The translations under genes and the position numbers were made by a program. A stretch of 64,000 nt of DNA, taken from NCBI GenBank assembly GCA_045653805.1, contig JAZOMF010000084.1:1691-65690 (forward strand). Reading direction: 5' to 3'. Below are positions 27,669 through 36,703 of the stretch, one piece after another. The notes below the pieces were generated by a model. That model had not been told where the DNA came from and did not search any database. It saw nothing but the letters and a program-made list of their open reading frames with translations. The stretch comes from Eubacteriales bacterium. Lineage in GTDB: Bacteria > Bacillota > Clostridia > Oscillospirales > CAG-272. The first letter of the stretch is position 1. Each line of letters begins with the position of its first letter.

Positions 27669-28064
27669 TTATTGACCAACGACAATTTCGGGATCGGTTT
27701 CCTCTCCGCTATCGTCTGTATTAAGTTTGTGCACAGTTACTATAAGGTCATTCACAGTACACACTATTTCCTGCCCATCTTTACTGATCTTTCCTTGTCT
27801 GGTACAATCGCCCTTAATTTTAGGGCAATCTCCGTAGATCATCCAAGCCTTTCCGCCTTCAATTTTCAAGATGTTAGTTCCGCCGTTCAAGGTATATTCA
27901 CCGTTTTCCGATAGGTTGAACCTGGCGATTTCATGGCGATTCGTGCCCTCACCAACTGTTACGACAACGTAGTCGCCTTCTTCTTGAAAAAGCTTAATAC
28001 CAACAAATGTTGAAATTGCGACCGCTAAAATAACACCTATGAGAATAAAATCTCTTTTCTTCAT
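27669..28064 (-). CDS. NusG-domain-II-containing small membrane-anchored protein
   Basis: N-terminal TM, then a beta-rich domain ending CPKIKGDCTRQGKISKDGQEIVCTVNDLIVTV. ATG 28064 overlaps the rnfA stop (TGATG). Confidence 0.65.
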   Translation of the reverse strand: MKKRDFILIGVILAVAISTFVGIKLFQEEGDYVVVTVGEGTNRHEIARFNLSENGEYTLNGGTNILKIEGGKAWMIYGDCPKIKGDCTRQGKISKDGQEIVCTVNDLIVTVHKLNTDDSGEETDPEIVVGQ

Positions 28065-28630
28065 CAGAAGCTGAAGGTGAGAGCCATGCAAGCGAGAACC
28101 ATCATGCCCGCGGTGAGGAGTGCGATAGGCAGACCTCTGAAGGGTGCGGGGATAGCGTCCTCGTCAACGGGAACGTCCTTAAGCTTAGCGTAAACGGTCA
28201 TGGTGAGCATAAAGCCGATACCTACGCAGATAGAAGTTACGATAGCGGTAACGAAATCAGCGTGAGTGTTGTGGATACAAATACCGAGAACCGCGCCGTT
28301 GATAGCGAACTTAACGAAGTCGGACTTGCAGTAGTTATCTAGAATTCTCTTTGCGATAAGGTGAAGAACTTCAACAACAACAAGCACAACTACAACGAAC
28401 ACCATGGTCTGGAGGTAAGGAACCTTCGCAAGCACGTAGGTGTTGAGAGGCCAGGTGATGAGAGTGGAGATGAGCATGACGAGAGTAGTGCCGAATCCAA
28501 GGGTAAGAGATCTTCTGGAGGAGCGCTCGTTTTCAAGAACCGCACCGGTTCCAAGGCACTCGATAAGTGCAATATTTTCAGAGAATATGCTCGCAAGCAA
28601 AATTGCAAGAATAGTATTGAAATCCAACAT
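28064..28630 (-). CDS. rnfA: Rnf complex subunit A
   Basis: 188-aa polytopic protein with an RnfA/NqrE-like sequence throughout. Confidence 0.92.
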   Translation of the reverse strand: MLDFNTILAILLASIFSENIALIECLGTGAVLENERSSRRSLTLGFGTTLVMLISTLITWPLNTYVLAKVPYLQTMVFVVVVLVVVEVLHLIAKRILDNYCKSDFVKFAINGAVLGICIHNTHADFVTAIVTSICVGIGFMLTMTVYAKLKDVPVDEDAIPAPFRGLPIALLTAGMMVLACMALTFSF

Positions 28631-28632
28631 TA

Positions 28633-29253
28633 TCAGTTACCCTCCTTTTCTTCGTTCTCTTCAAGATGGTGGTGGAGACCTGTGATCTTGTTGATAACCG
28701 CCATAACGATCGCAAGAACAAGATAGCCGCCAAATGCACCCGCAATTGCGGAGATCTTGTAGGGCTCAAGCCACTCGATAGCGTTGCCCCAGATGGTAGC
28801 ATTACCAAGAACCTCACGGATAAGTGCACAGATAACCATAACAACGGTAAAGAACATACCGGTAACAAGAGCGGTCTTGATAGAGGTAGACTCGCCGTTG
28901 TGGTCTGCAACCTCTTCAGCATCACGGTAGATAACCGCGCTTACTGCAAGAGTTGCCAAGTGAACGCCCAACATTTCAACAACGTCGGGGAACCAAGCCT
29001 GCATAAGCATACCGATCACAGAAACAAATCCGGTGATGATAAGAAGGTATGCGGGAAGCTTAGCGTATGTGGGGATGATCTTATGAAGAGCGGAAATTAC
29101 GATAGAGCTGAGAAGCATCGAAACGAGCACTGCAGCACCCATGCCGAGAGCGGCACGAATGTCTGCACTGGATGCCATTACAAATCCTGCACCGAGCACA
29201 AGAAGAATAGAGGGAGTGCCCTTGAGGAGATATGAAGTTTTAGTCTTTTTCAT
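28633..29253 (-). CDS. rnfE: Rnf complex subunit E
   Basis: 206-aa polytopic protein, RnfE/NqrD-like. Its start overlaps the rnfG stop (TAATG). Confidence 0.92.
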   Translation of the reverse strand: MKKTKTSYLLKGTPSILLVLGAGFVMASSADIRAALGMGAAVLVSMLLSSIVISALHKIIPTYAKLPAYLLIITGFVSVIGMLMQAWFPDVVEMLGVHLATLAVSAVIYRDAEEVADHNGESTSIKTALVTGMFFTVVMVICALIREVLGNATIWGNAIEWLEPYKISAIAGAFGGYLVLAIVMAVINKITGLHHHLEENEEKEGN

Positions 29254-30563
29254 TACTGTTCTCCTCCTTTGATAGATTCAAATGCTGCAAATGCATCCTT
29301 TGTTGCCTGCTTCATTGCGTTCCCTGTAAACGTCGCGCCGGCGATCACGGCGTTGTCACCGGTGAAGGTGTCAGCGGTAAAGCCTGCGAACGAATTCTCA
29401 TATTCCTTCGCGTCAACGGTATCGTCCACGGGGAAATGCTCGGTGTCGAAGAAGAGGGTTGCGGCGCTGATCTTCACGATGGCTCCGTTTTCGTCAACGA
29501 TTACGTAAATATCCATCTGATCATAGCCAACTGCTCTGGAATAGAATCCGTAGTAATTAACTTCGCCTACGGTGAACTTTGCGGCATAAACAATAGTGGT
29601 AAATCCGTCAAGAGCCAATACTTCAAATCCGTCAGCGCCATCGACAAGGCCCTTGAACTTTCTGTTTGCCTTAGACTCGAAGCTCTGCTGATTTGCAGCC
29701 GCCTGAGCCTGAGCCTCGGTTACGAGTGCTGCGTGATCTGCGGTTACTTCTACAACGACAGCCTCCTCTGCGGAGTGGTCAACACCGTATATCTTGCATG
29801 CACCGCTTGCATTTACAACTGCGAGGTAAGTAGCCTCACCCTCGGTCATAATGTATGCAAATCCTGCGCCGTTTCCTGCCTTGAGAGCCTTCTGGATGTT
29901 GCCGGAAGCAGCAGTCTCAGCAAGCTGGGCAAATCCGGGAGCCACGGTTGCGAGGTTCTCTTCAAGGATCTGAGCGTCGGACTTAACGCCTGCAACGATC
30001 ATATTGTTGGAAATAAGCACGCCCATAGCCGCAGAAACCGCGTTTTTGTACGCTACGGAAGAAGCCTTTTCCGATGTGGGATTGGCAATAAGCTCTACAT
30101 CAGCCAAAGCGGAGTCTTGACCAATGTAGGTCTGGATATAGTCATTTGTTAATATTTTCTGGTTCCAGTTGTTTCCTGCGTCATCACCGTAGCTATCGAT
30201 CTGAATACCACAGATCTTACCGTCGGATGTAATACCGATAGTAGTTACAAGAGGAGAGCTGGTGTAACCGGAGGTTGCGGTAGCTCGAACTACGTAGCCG
30301 AGACCGTTCTTTTCCTTATACACAGAAAGAACGTTTGCAGGAACCTCTGTAAGAGTGGAGGCTGCAGCGTTTTCGGAGCTGTAAATAAGCGCGCCTTCGC
30401 CAAATTCTGCACCCTCGGGCATTACTGCAAGCAGGGGAGCAAGCTCAGCGCCCGCATTGTTAGCCTCGATAATGGGACCTGTATAGAAGTTAAGTCCGAA
30501 CATTGCGCCGCCGAAAACTGCGACGATGATGAGAAGTATAAGAATTGTTTTCAAAAGCTTCAT
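29253..30563 (-). CDS. rnfG: Rnf complex subunit G, unusually long form
   Basis: N-terminal TM anchor and a C-terminal FMN_bind-type motif, VIAGATFTGNAMKQATKDAF. It occupies the rnfG slot between rnfD and rnfE. 436 aa. Confidence 0.8.
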   Translation of the reverse strand: MKLLKTILILLIIVAVFGGAMFGLNFYTGPIIEANNAGAELAPLLAVMPEGAEFGEGALIYSSENAAASTLTEVPANVLSVYKEKNGLGYVVRATATSGYTSSPLVTTIGITSDGKICGIQIDSYGDDAGNNWNQKILTNDYIQTYIGQDSALADVELIANPTSEKASSVAYKNAVSAAMGVLISNNMIVAGVKSDAQILEENLATVAPGFAQLAETAASGNIQKALKAGNGAGFAYIMTEGEATYLAVVNASGACKIYGVDHSAEEAVVVEVTADHAALVTEAQAQAAANQQSFESKANRKFKGLVDGADGFEVLALDGFTTIVYAAKFTVGEVNYYGFYSRAVGYDQMDIYVIVDENGAIVKISAATLFFDTEHFPVDDTVDAKEYENSFAGFTADTFTGDNAVIAGATFTGNAMKQATKDAFAAFESIKGGEQ

Positions 30564-31546
30564 TACTTAACACCTCCCAAGGTCTTTTTCTTTGTCCAGC
30601 TGGAAAGGAATGGGGTAACAAGGTTCATAGTAAGAATTGCGATAGAAACGCCCTCGGGGAAAGAACCGAACTGTCTGATAGCGAAGGTAAGAAGACCTGC
30701 GCCAACGCAGAAGAGCACTCTTCCCTTGCCCGTGATGGGAGTGGTAACGTAGTCGGTAGCCATGAAGATAGCACCGAGAAGAAGACCGCCCGCAAGAACG
30801 TGCTGGAGCGCAAAGGTAGCATTGAAGCCACCGAAAATGAAGTAGCATACGAATACGGTAGCAACGAAGGTTGCGGGAACGTACCACTTGATAACCTTAC
30901 GAGCTACGAGGTAGATAAATCCGAGAATAAGAGCGAAGGAGCAGGTCTCACCGATAGTGCCTCCGTACACACCAACGAAGAGCTGGAGAATATTGGGGGC
31001 ATTGGTTGCCGCATCTGCCGCACCCTTATTGAGGGAAGCGAGAGGAGTTGCGCTTGCAACGATTTCTGTGGCAGGAACAGCTTCGCCAAGGAAACCGAGA
31101 TCGAAAAGAGGCGCCGCAACAACCACGGTACCCACTGCCGAGAAGGTCAGAAGCATAAATACGCGAGCCGCGATAGCAGGATTTACTATGTTTTTACCAA
31201 GTCCGCCAAAGAAGCACTTAACTACTACGATAGCGAATACGCTACCAATAACACACTGCCACCAGGGCACGTTAACGCTAAGGTTAAGAGCAAGAAGAAG
31301 ACCTGTTACTACTGCGGAGAAATCTCCAACGGTCTGCTTTTTGCGAGCGATGAGGTTGAATATAACCTCGGAAAGAACTGCGCTTGCAACACAAGTGAAA
31401 ATTACCACAAGAGCCTGAAGTCCGAAGATAATAACACCTGCAATAGCAGCGGGAAGCATTGCGATAACAACGTCACGCATGATATTGTGGGTGGAAGAGC
31501 CCTTCTGATGGATATGAGGGGTGGAGGAAATATGAAGCTTACCCAT
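30563..31546 (-). CDS. rnfD: Rnf complex subunit D
   Basis: 327-aa polytopic protein with an SSTPHIH N-terminus and the flavinylation-type motif VASATPLA. Confidence 0.93.
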   Translation of the reverse strand: MGKLHISSTPHIHQKGSSTHNIMRDVVIAMLPAAIAGVIIFGLQALVVIFTCVASAVLSEVIFNLIARKKQTVGDFSAVVTGLLLALNLSVNVPWWQCVIGSVFAIVVVKCFFGGLGKNIVNPAIAARVFMLLTFSAVGTVVVAAPLFDLGFLGEAVPATEIVASATPLASLNKGAADAATNAPNILQLFVGVYGGTIGETCSFALILGFIYLVARKVIKWYVPATFVATVFVCYFIFGGFNATFALQHVLAGGLLLGAIFMATDYVTTPITGKGRVLFCVGAGLLTFAIRQFGSFPEGVSIAILTMNLVTPFLSSWTKKKTLGGVK

Positions 31547-32898
31547 TATTTGTTACCTCCTGTCTTTTCCTTCTGTGCCGCCGCATACTTCTTGAGGAAG
31601 GACTTTGCAGCCCAGTTGATCTGAAGAAGAGGACGGTTAGCGGGACAAACGTAAGAGCAGCAAGCACAGTCAACACACTGACGAACGCCGGTGTCGATAA
31701 GAAGCTTAGCCTTCTTGTCCTCGTTTTTGATATTCATTACGCGATCGACCATAGCAACGCTGATGCCTACGGGGCACTTCTCCATACATCTGCCGCAGTT
31801 GATACAAGCGGAGGCGTCGGGAAGAACAGCACTCTTCTCGTCGAATACGAGAATTGCATTGGATACCTTAACGATAGGATCGTCTACGGAGCAGATAGCA
31901 GTACCGTTCATAGGACCGCCAACTACTACCTTGCCGGGCTCCTTCTTAAGTCCGGTATAATTAACAAGCTCGCTGATGCGAGTACCGATGGGAGCGATAA
32001 GATTCATAGGAGTCTTAACCGCAGGACCGTCAACGGTTACGATTCTCTCAACTAAAGGCATACCGGTGTTGAGGTACTCAGCCATCTTAGCAAGAGAGGA
32101 AACGTTGATGATAAGAGCGCCGAAGGAGGGGAAACGTCTACCTGCAACTGCAACTCTGCCGGTTGCATTGTAAAGCATTACCTGCTTTGCACCCTGAGGA
32201 TAAATGGTCTTAAGCTGATGAATAACAACGTAATCCTTATCCTTGAAGGTTTCCTTAAGAACCTTGATTGCATCCATCTTGTTCTTTTCGATACAGATCT
32301 TAAAGGTTGCGTTACCGAGATACTCGTTCATGTACTTACGAAGATACTCGATACCGTCTGCGATGAGCTCGGGGTGAGCAAGCATCATTCTGTGGTCACT
32401 GGTGATGTAGGGCTCGCACTCTGCAGCATTGATAAGAACGGTGTCAACCTTATAGTCGGGGTTCTTAGCCTCGTTGAACTTTGCCCAAGTGGGGAAAGCC
32501 GCGCCACCAAGACCAACGATACCGCCCTCACGAACTGCCTGGAGGAAGCTGTCGCAGTCTGTGATCTCGGGAGCCTTAACGCTCTCGGAAATCTCCATCA
32601 AGCCGTCGCTTTCAATGCGAATAGCCAAGGTATCCTTGCCGCTGGAGGTTGCCATGGGAGCGATCTCAACAACGGTACCGGAAACGGTTGCGTGTACAGG
32701 AGAGGAAAATCTTCCCTCTTCTCTTGCGATGAGCTGACCGACCTTAACGTGGTCGCCAACATTTACGATAGGTTCCGCATCCTGGCCGGAATGCATGTTC
32801 ATAGGCAGAACTACTTCCTTGGGCGTTTCGATGCGTACAGGAACACATGCCGCTGTATGTTTGTTATGAGGCACGTGCAAAGATGAAATATCTTTCAA
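31546..32898 (-). CDS. rnfC: Rnf complex subunit C
   Basis: 450 aa with a NuoF-like NADH/FMN region and two 4Fe-4S motifs (CINCGRCMEKCP, CVDCACCSYVCP). TTG start with AAGGAG 7 nt upstream. Confidence 0.92.
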   Translation of the reverse strand: MKDISSLHVPHNKHTAACVPVRIETPKEVVLPMNMHSGQDAEPIVNVGDHVKVGQLIAREEGRFSSPVHATVSGTVVEIAPMATSSGKDTLAIRIESDGLMEISESVKAPEITDCDSFLQAVREGGIVGLGGAAFPTWAKFNEAKNPDYKVDTVLINAAECEPYITSDHRMMLAHPELIADGIEYLRKYMNEYLGNATFKICIEKNKMDAIKVLKETFKDKDYVVIHQLKTIYPQGAKQVMLYNATGRVAVAGRRFPSFGALIINVSSLAKMAEYLNTGMPLVERIVTVDGPAVKTPMNLIAPIGTRISELVNYTGLKKEPGKVVVGGPMNGTAICSVDDPIVKVSNAILVFDEKSAVLPDASACINCGRCMEKCPVGISVAMVDRVMNIKNEDKKAKLLIDTGVRQCVDCACCSYVCPANRPLLQINWAAKSFLKKYAAAQKEKTGGNK

Positions 32899-32965
32899 AA
32901 CCTTTTCTCCTTCCGTTTATTTAAGTATATTTTTATTTTTAATTGCTTTCAAGTTTATTTGAGGA

Positions 32966-34027
32966 TTATTTCTTTATTAAATCCTCAAGACCGGGTGTCA
33001 TTTGCTGATTGCCATCCTTATCTACCCAGAACACTTCAACTCCGCCGATCTTCTCGACAAGAGCAAGTCCGTCCCCATAGCTCATAGCAAACAGAGCCGT
33101 GGACAGAGCATCTGCAAGTCCGCTGTCTTTGGTAATGACCGTTACTGAAGAAAAATAATCCGCAGGCATAAGAGTGTCCTTATCAATGATATGGTGATAT
33201 CTCTGACCATTAACGGTGTAGTATCTTTCATAATCTCCGCTGGTTACGCAGGAGGTGTCAGCAAGAATAAGGTACAAGGCGTAGGCGTCGGTGTTGTGGG
33301 GATTCTTGATTCCCGTATTCCATCCCGACCCATCTCTCTTGTGACCAATTATGCGGATATTTCCGCCAATATTAAGAACGTATCCGTCAGCTCCCTGGCT
33401 TTCAAGGTATTCTGCCGCCTTTTCGGTTGCATATCCCTTTCCAAGCGCACCCACGTCGATAGATGCCTCGGGGTCTGCTATACGAACAGTATTATTTTCT
33501 ACGTCAATTTCAAGGCAAGACATATCGGTATGGTTGTTTGCCTCTTCAAGCTCCTCATCCGTAGGGATTCGGGCGTTTTTAGGATCGGTGCCTGCCGCCT
33601 CGCGGCAATCGTGCCAAAGACGAAGCACAGAGCCCATCATTATATTCATTTCACCGTCGGTAGCCTCGTAAAGCTCCTTGGCGTAAAGCAAAAATTCAAT
33701 AAGTCTTTCGTCAACCACCATAGGCTCTCCGCCGGCGTTGCGATTGAGCGTTTTTAGGTTGGTAATTCCCGAATACTCGTAGTAAATATCAAACAACTGA
33801 TGATATTCCTCAAGTATCTTCGTTGCCCCCTCACATCTTGCTTCAAAGATCTCCTGAGAGTCACCTTGATAGCTGTAAACGTAAGATACGGTGTCAAAAA
33901 AGCTAAAATAAGCCATTCCAAGTGGCTTTTTGTTTTCTCCCCCATTCGCAACTGTAGGGCAGCCCGTCAAAGAGACGAGCAGCCCTATAATTGCACATAA
34001 GGAAATCAAAGATTTGAATATCTTCAA
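32966..34027 (-). CDS. apbE: FAD:protein FMN transferase (ApbE family) lipoprotein
   Basis: Lipobox LVSLTGC. ApbE-like motifs include GALGKGYA and SGDYERYY. TTG start with AGGAG. Confidence 0.88.
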   Translation of the reverse strand: MKIFKSLISLCAIIGLLVSLTGCPTVANGGENKKPLGMAYFSFFDTVSYVYSYQGDSQEIFEARCEGATKILEEYHQLFDIYYEYSGITNLKTLNRNAGGEPMVVDERLIEFLLYAKELYEATDGEMNIMMGSVLRLWHDCREAAGTDPKNARIPTDEELEEANNHTDMSCLEIDVENNTVRIADPEASIDVGALGKGYATEKAAEYLESQGADGYVLNIGGNIRIIGHKRDGSGWNTGIKNPHNTDAYALYLILADTSCVTSGDYERYYTVNGQRYHHIIDKDTLMPADYFSSVTVITKDSGLADALSTALFAMSYGDGLALVEKIGGVEVFWVDKDGNQQMTPGLEDLIKK

Positions 34028-34057
34028 ATTTCTTCTCTCCTAAATAGAAGTATTAAA

Positions 34058-35116
34058 TTATCTTGCGTTGTTAACAGCCTCAGCTACAACTGCACAGATT
34101 GCGGGAATCTGGATGGTGCAGCCTGCTGCAAGAAGAGCCTCATCGGAGGAGATGTTGTGATCGAGGACGTTCTGCGTCTCCATGCCTGCAACCTCAGCAG
34201 CGGTCTTGCCTACAACGTACTTGGAGAACTCGTAGGACTGAACGTACCACTCAAGGATCTGGCCGTCCTCGTTGTTATCAGAGGAGTAGGGGTTGCCTGC
34301 CATGCCGTAGCCTTCCTTAAGCTCTCTCTTAGTGCCCTTAAATTCCTGGGGCTCAACTTCGCCGTCAATGGTTACGGTGATCTTGGGCTGGATAGCGTCG
34401 TTAAGAGCAGCAACGATCTTGCCGTCAACAACAACTGCTGCGGCGAAATCGGAGTACATAGCAACGGTGCCGTCCTTCTCCTCGGTAGCAGCTACGGAAT
34501 CGGTAGCGTAGGAATCAACGGAAACACCGAGAGTGAAGGTGCCTGCAACTGCCTTGAAGCTCATGCCCTGTGCATCCTCGCAAGCCTTAACAACCGCCTC
34601 ACAGAAATCACCGATCTCGATGGTGCAGCCTGCTGCAAGAAGATCAGCATCAGCGGAAATGGTGTGGTTGTTAACGAACTGGGTGTTGCCCTTAAGAGCC
34701 TTAACCTCACCAACAGTCTTACCTACAACGAATGCCTCGAAAGCCTTAGCCTGAGCGTCCCACTCAAGAATTCTACCGTCGTTATCGTTGTCGGAAGAAT
34801 AAGGGCTGGTGGACATACCGTACTCAGTGCCCTTTTCCATCTTGGACTTGAAGGTAGCTGCGGTGTCAACCGCACCGTCAGTAACGTTCATCTTGTTCTG
34901 AGCAACGTCGATGCGGCAAGCAACGATCTTACCGTCAGCATCGGTTACAACGGTTGCAACGGTTGCATCAACCTGTGCATTGTTGGTAGCGGAGCTGCCC
35001 ATGTCAACTACGATACCCATGCCGAGCTTGTACTCAGCCTCAGTTGCTGCGGGAGTACATGCAACAACTGCAAGTACTGTGCAAATGCACAATACGATGG
35101 CGAAAATCTTTTTCAT
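34058..35116 (-). CDS. Lipoprotein with an internal tandem domain duplication, function unknown
   Basis: Lipobox LAVVAC. Two roughly 155-aa repeats share KGTEYGMSTSPYSSDNDNDGRILEW / KEGYGMAGNPYSSDNNEDGQILEW and LLAAGCTIEI / LLAAGCTIQI. Confidence 0.75.
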   Translation of the reverse strand: MKKIFAIVLCICTVLAVVACTPAATEAEYKLGMGIVVDMGSSATNNAQVDATVATVVTDADGKIVACRIDVAQNKMNVTDGAVDTAATFKSKMEKGTEYGMSTSPYSSDNDNDGRILEWDAQAKAFEAFVVGKTVGEVKALKGNTQFVNNHTISADADLLAAGCTIEIGDFCEAVVKACEDAQGMSFKAVAGTFTLGVSVDSYATDSVAATEEKDGTVAMYSDFAAAVVVDGKIVAALNDAIQPKITVTIDGEVEPQEFKGTKRELKEGYGMAGNPYSSDNNEDGQILEWYVQSYEFSKYVVGKTAAEVAGMETQNVLDHNISSDEALLAAGCTIQIPAICAVVAEAVNNAR

Positions 35117-35238
35117 TTTCTTTCCCCTTTAATATTTTTGTATTTTGTGATGTCCAATCGCAAAAAACTCGTTCGATCAAAAACCTTTAGGGGACTCTAA
35201 CCAAACGACATTTGCAAAATTCTCTCACATTCTCGGTT

Positions 35239-35267
35239 ATTATATCATATTGTTAACACCAAGTCAA
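35239..35267 (-). promoter_or_regulatory. Consensus sigma-A promoter for the lipoprotein-apbE-rnf unit
   Basis: Minus strand TTGACT (35267-35262), 17 nt, TATAAT (35244-35239), with TGA just upstream of the -10. Confidence 0.6.
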
Positions 35268-35510
35268 GAGTTTTCCGTCATTTTTTTAACATTTTTCAAA
35301 ATTTAACAAAAAATCCAAGATTTTATTTAAAATTACGCCAACCATTTTGCATTTCGACCAATCAATGATAAAAATGCAGACTTTTTCGAGTACAAAACAA
35401 CTTCCATCTTGCTCATATTTCTTTTATTTTTAATAATATATGTGTAAATTATTCATTATTTTATGATAAAATTTGAATTGTATAATTTGTACTCACCACA
35501 AGGAGAAAAA

Positions 35511-36434
35511 ATGAACATATTACACATGAAATACGCGGTAGAGGTAGCCAAGCGAGGCTCTCTGAATAAAGCCGCCGAGGCTCTGCTCTGCGCCCAGCCC
35601 AACATAAGCCGTTCCATAAAAGAATTGGAATCCGACCTGGGGATCACTCTTTTCCGCAGAAGTGCCAAAGGTATGGAGCCTACCCCCGAGGGATCGGAAT
35701 TCATCTTTTATGCTCAAAACATCCTCAAACAAATAGATGAGGTCGAGACGCTCTATAAAAACGGTGGCATCCGCCAACACCGCCTCTCGGTGTGCACCCC
35801 TTGTGCCGATTACGTGCTGGACGCGGTGAAGGAATGCGGCAACACTGTAGAGATAGTGCGACACGGAAGAGACCCGGAAAGCATCGCAGATCGAGTAATT
35901 TGCGGCTGCTGTGATCTGGGAATTGCGCGTTGCGAAATCAGCGCAAAGCGTGTTCTGGAAAGGAATCTCGGTGAAAAAGACCTTGCTGTAGAACAGATTG
36001 CAGAGTTTCCCTGCTACTTGACGGTCAGCAAAGACTCCCCTCTTGCCAAAACGGATTCTATAAATCTCCACGACCTCAAAAAGCTTACCGAGGTAGCCAG
36101 TGGCGACCTGCATTTTGCTCGTTCAATGCCCTCCGACAACAAGGGCGGAAGCTCCCCGAATCAGATACTTATAATGGACCGCTCGATGCGATTTGAATTT
36201 CTCTCAAACAACGTCCACGCCTTTTCAAAGGAGGCTCCCGCATCAAAAAAATTGCTCCAAAGATACGGGCTGATTCAAAAGGAATACACCCTTGAGAAAA
36301 AGCATTTGGTGGATCTTTTGATATACAGAAAAGGATATCGACCCACCGAAAATGAAGTTAAATTCGTTGCCGCGCTCAGAAGTCGAGCAAGTCAATTTAT
36401 CAATATTTCACAAAAGACACAAAATAAGGGCTGA
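35511..36434 (+). CDS. LysR-family transcriptional regulator
   Basis: MNILHMKYAVEVAKRGSLNKAAEALLCAQPNISRSIKELE is a LysR wHTH. AGGAG RBS at ATG 35511. Confidence 0.88.
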   Translation: MNILHMKYAVEVAKRGSLNKAAEALLCAQPNISRSIKELESDLGITLFRRSAKGMEPTPEGSEFIFYAQNILKQIDEVETLYKNGGIRQHRLSVCTPCADYVLDAVKECGNTVEIVRHGRDPESIADRVICGCCDLGIARCEISAKRVLERNLGEKDLAVEQIAEFPCYLTVSKDSPLAKTDSINLHDLKKLTEVASGDLHFARSMPSDNKGGSSPNQILIMDRSMRFEFLSNNVHAFSKEAPASKKLLQRYGLIQKEYTLEKKHLVDLLIYRKGYRPTENEVKFVAALRSRASQFINISQKTQNKG

Positions 36435-36703
36435 AACGAGATCGTTATATCATTTTTGATATATCCGATATGCCTTTTTGGTTATTCCCAAAACCGCTAT
36501 TAACATGTTATAATAATATGGTGAAAAAAATCAAAATAAGCCCTTGTGGAAACAGTTTTATTCGCCGAGATTCAAAGATCGGCGTTTTTTACGGAATGTG
36601 GGGGACAAGCTCTCTCCTTCGGCGAATTTTGATTTCACACACGAAACTTGTAAACAATTTTAATTTGGCGGCCTAACCAGCCGCTACATACAGGAGGCAA
36701 AGT

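Noticed and set aside
26967-28091. A hidden rnfB downstream of rnfA
   Set aside because: Both ORFs in this interval are small membrane or beta-rich proteins without Cys-x2-Cys-x2-Cys-x3-Cys motifs. No other frame is open.
36470-36676. 68-aa ORF upstream of nfnA
   Set aside because: It spans a promoter-like element and hairpin/T-run structures. It has no RBS and low-complexity content, so it is treated as leader RNA.
35117-36703. Rex (redox repressor) operators near the rnf, nfn and hyd promoters
   Set aside because: TTGTTAA/TTAACAA-like half sites occur (for example around 35250 and 35290-35320). No pair forms the required inverted repeat with correct spacing.
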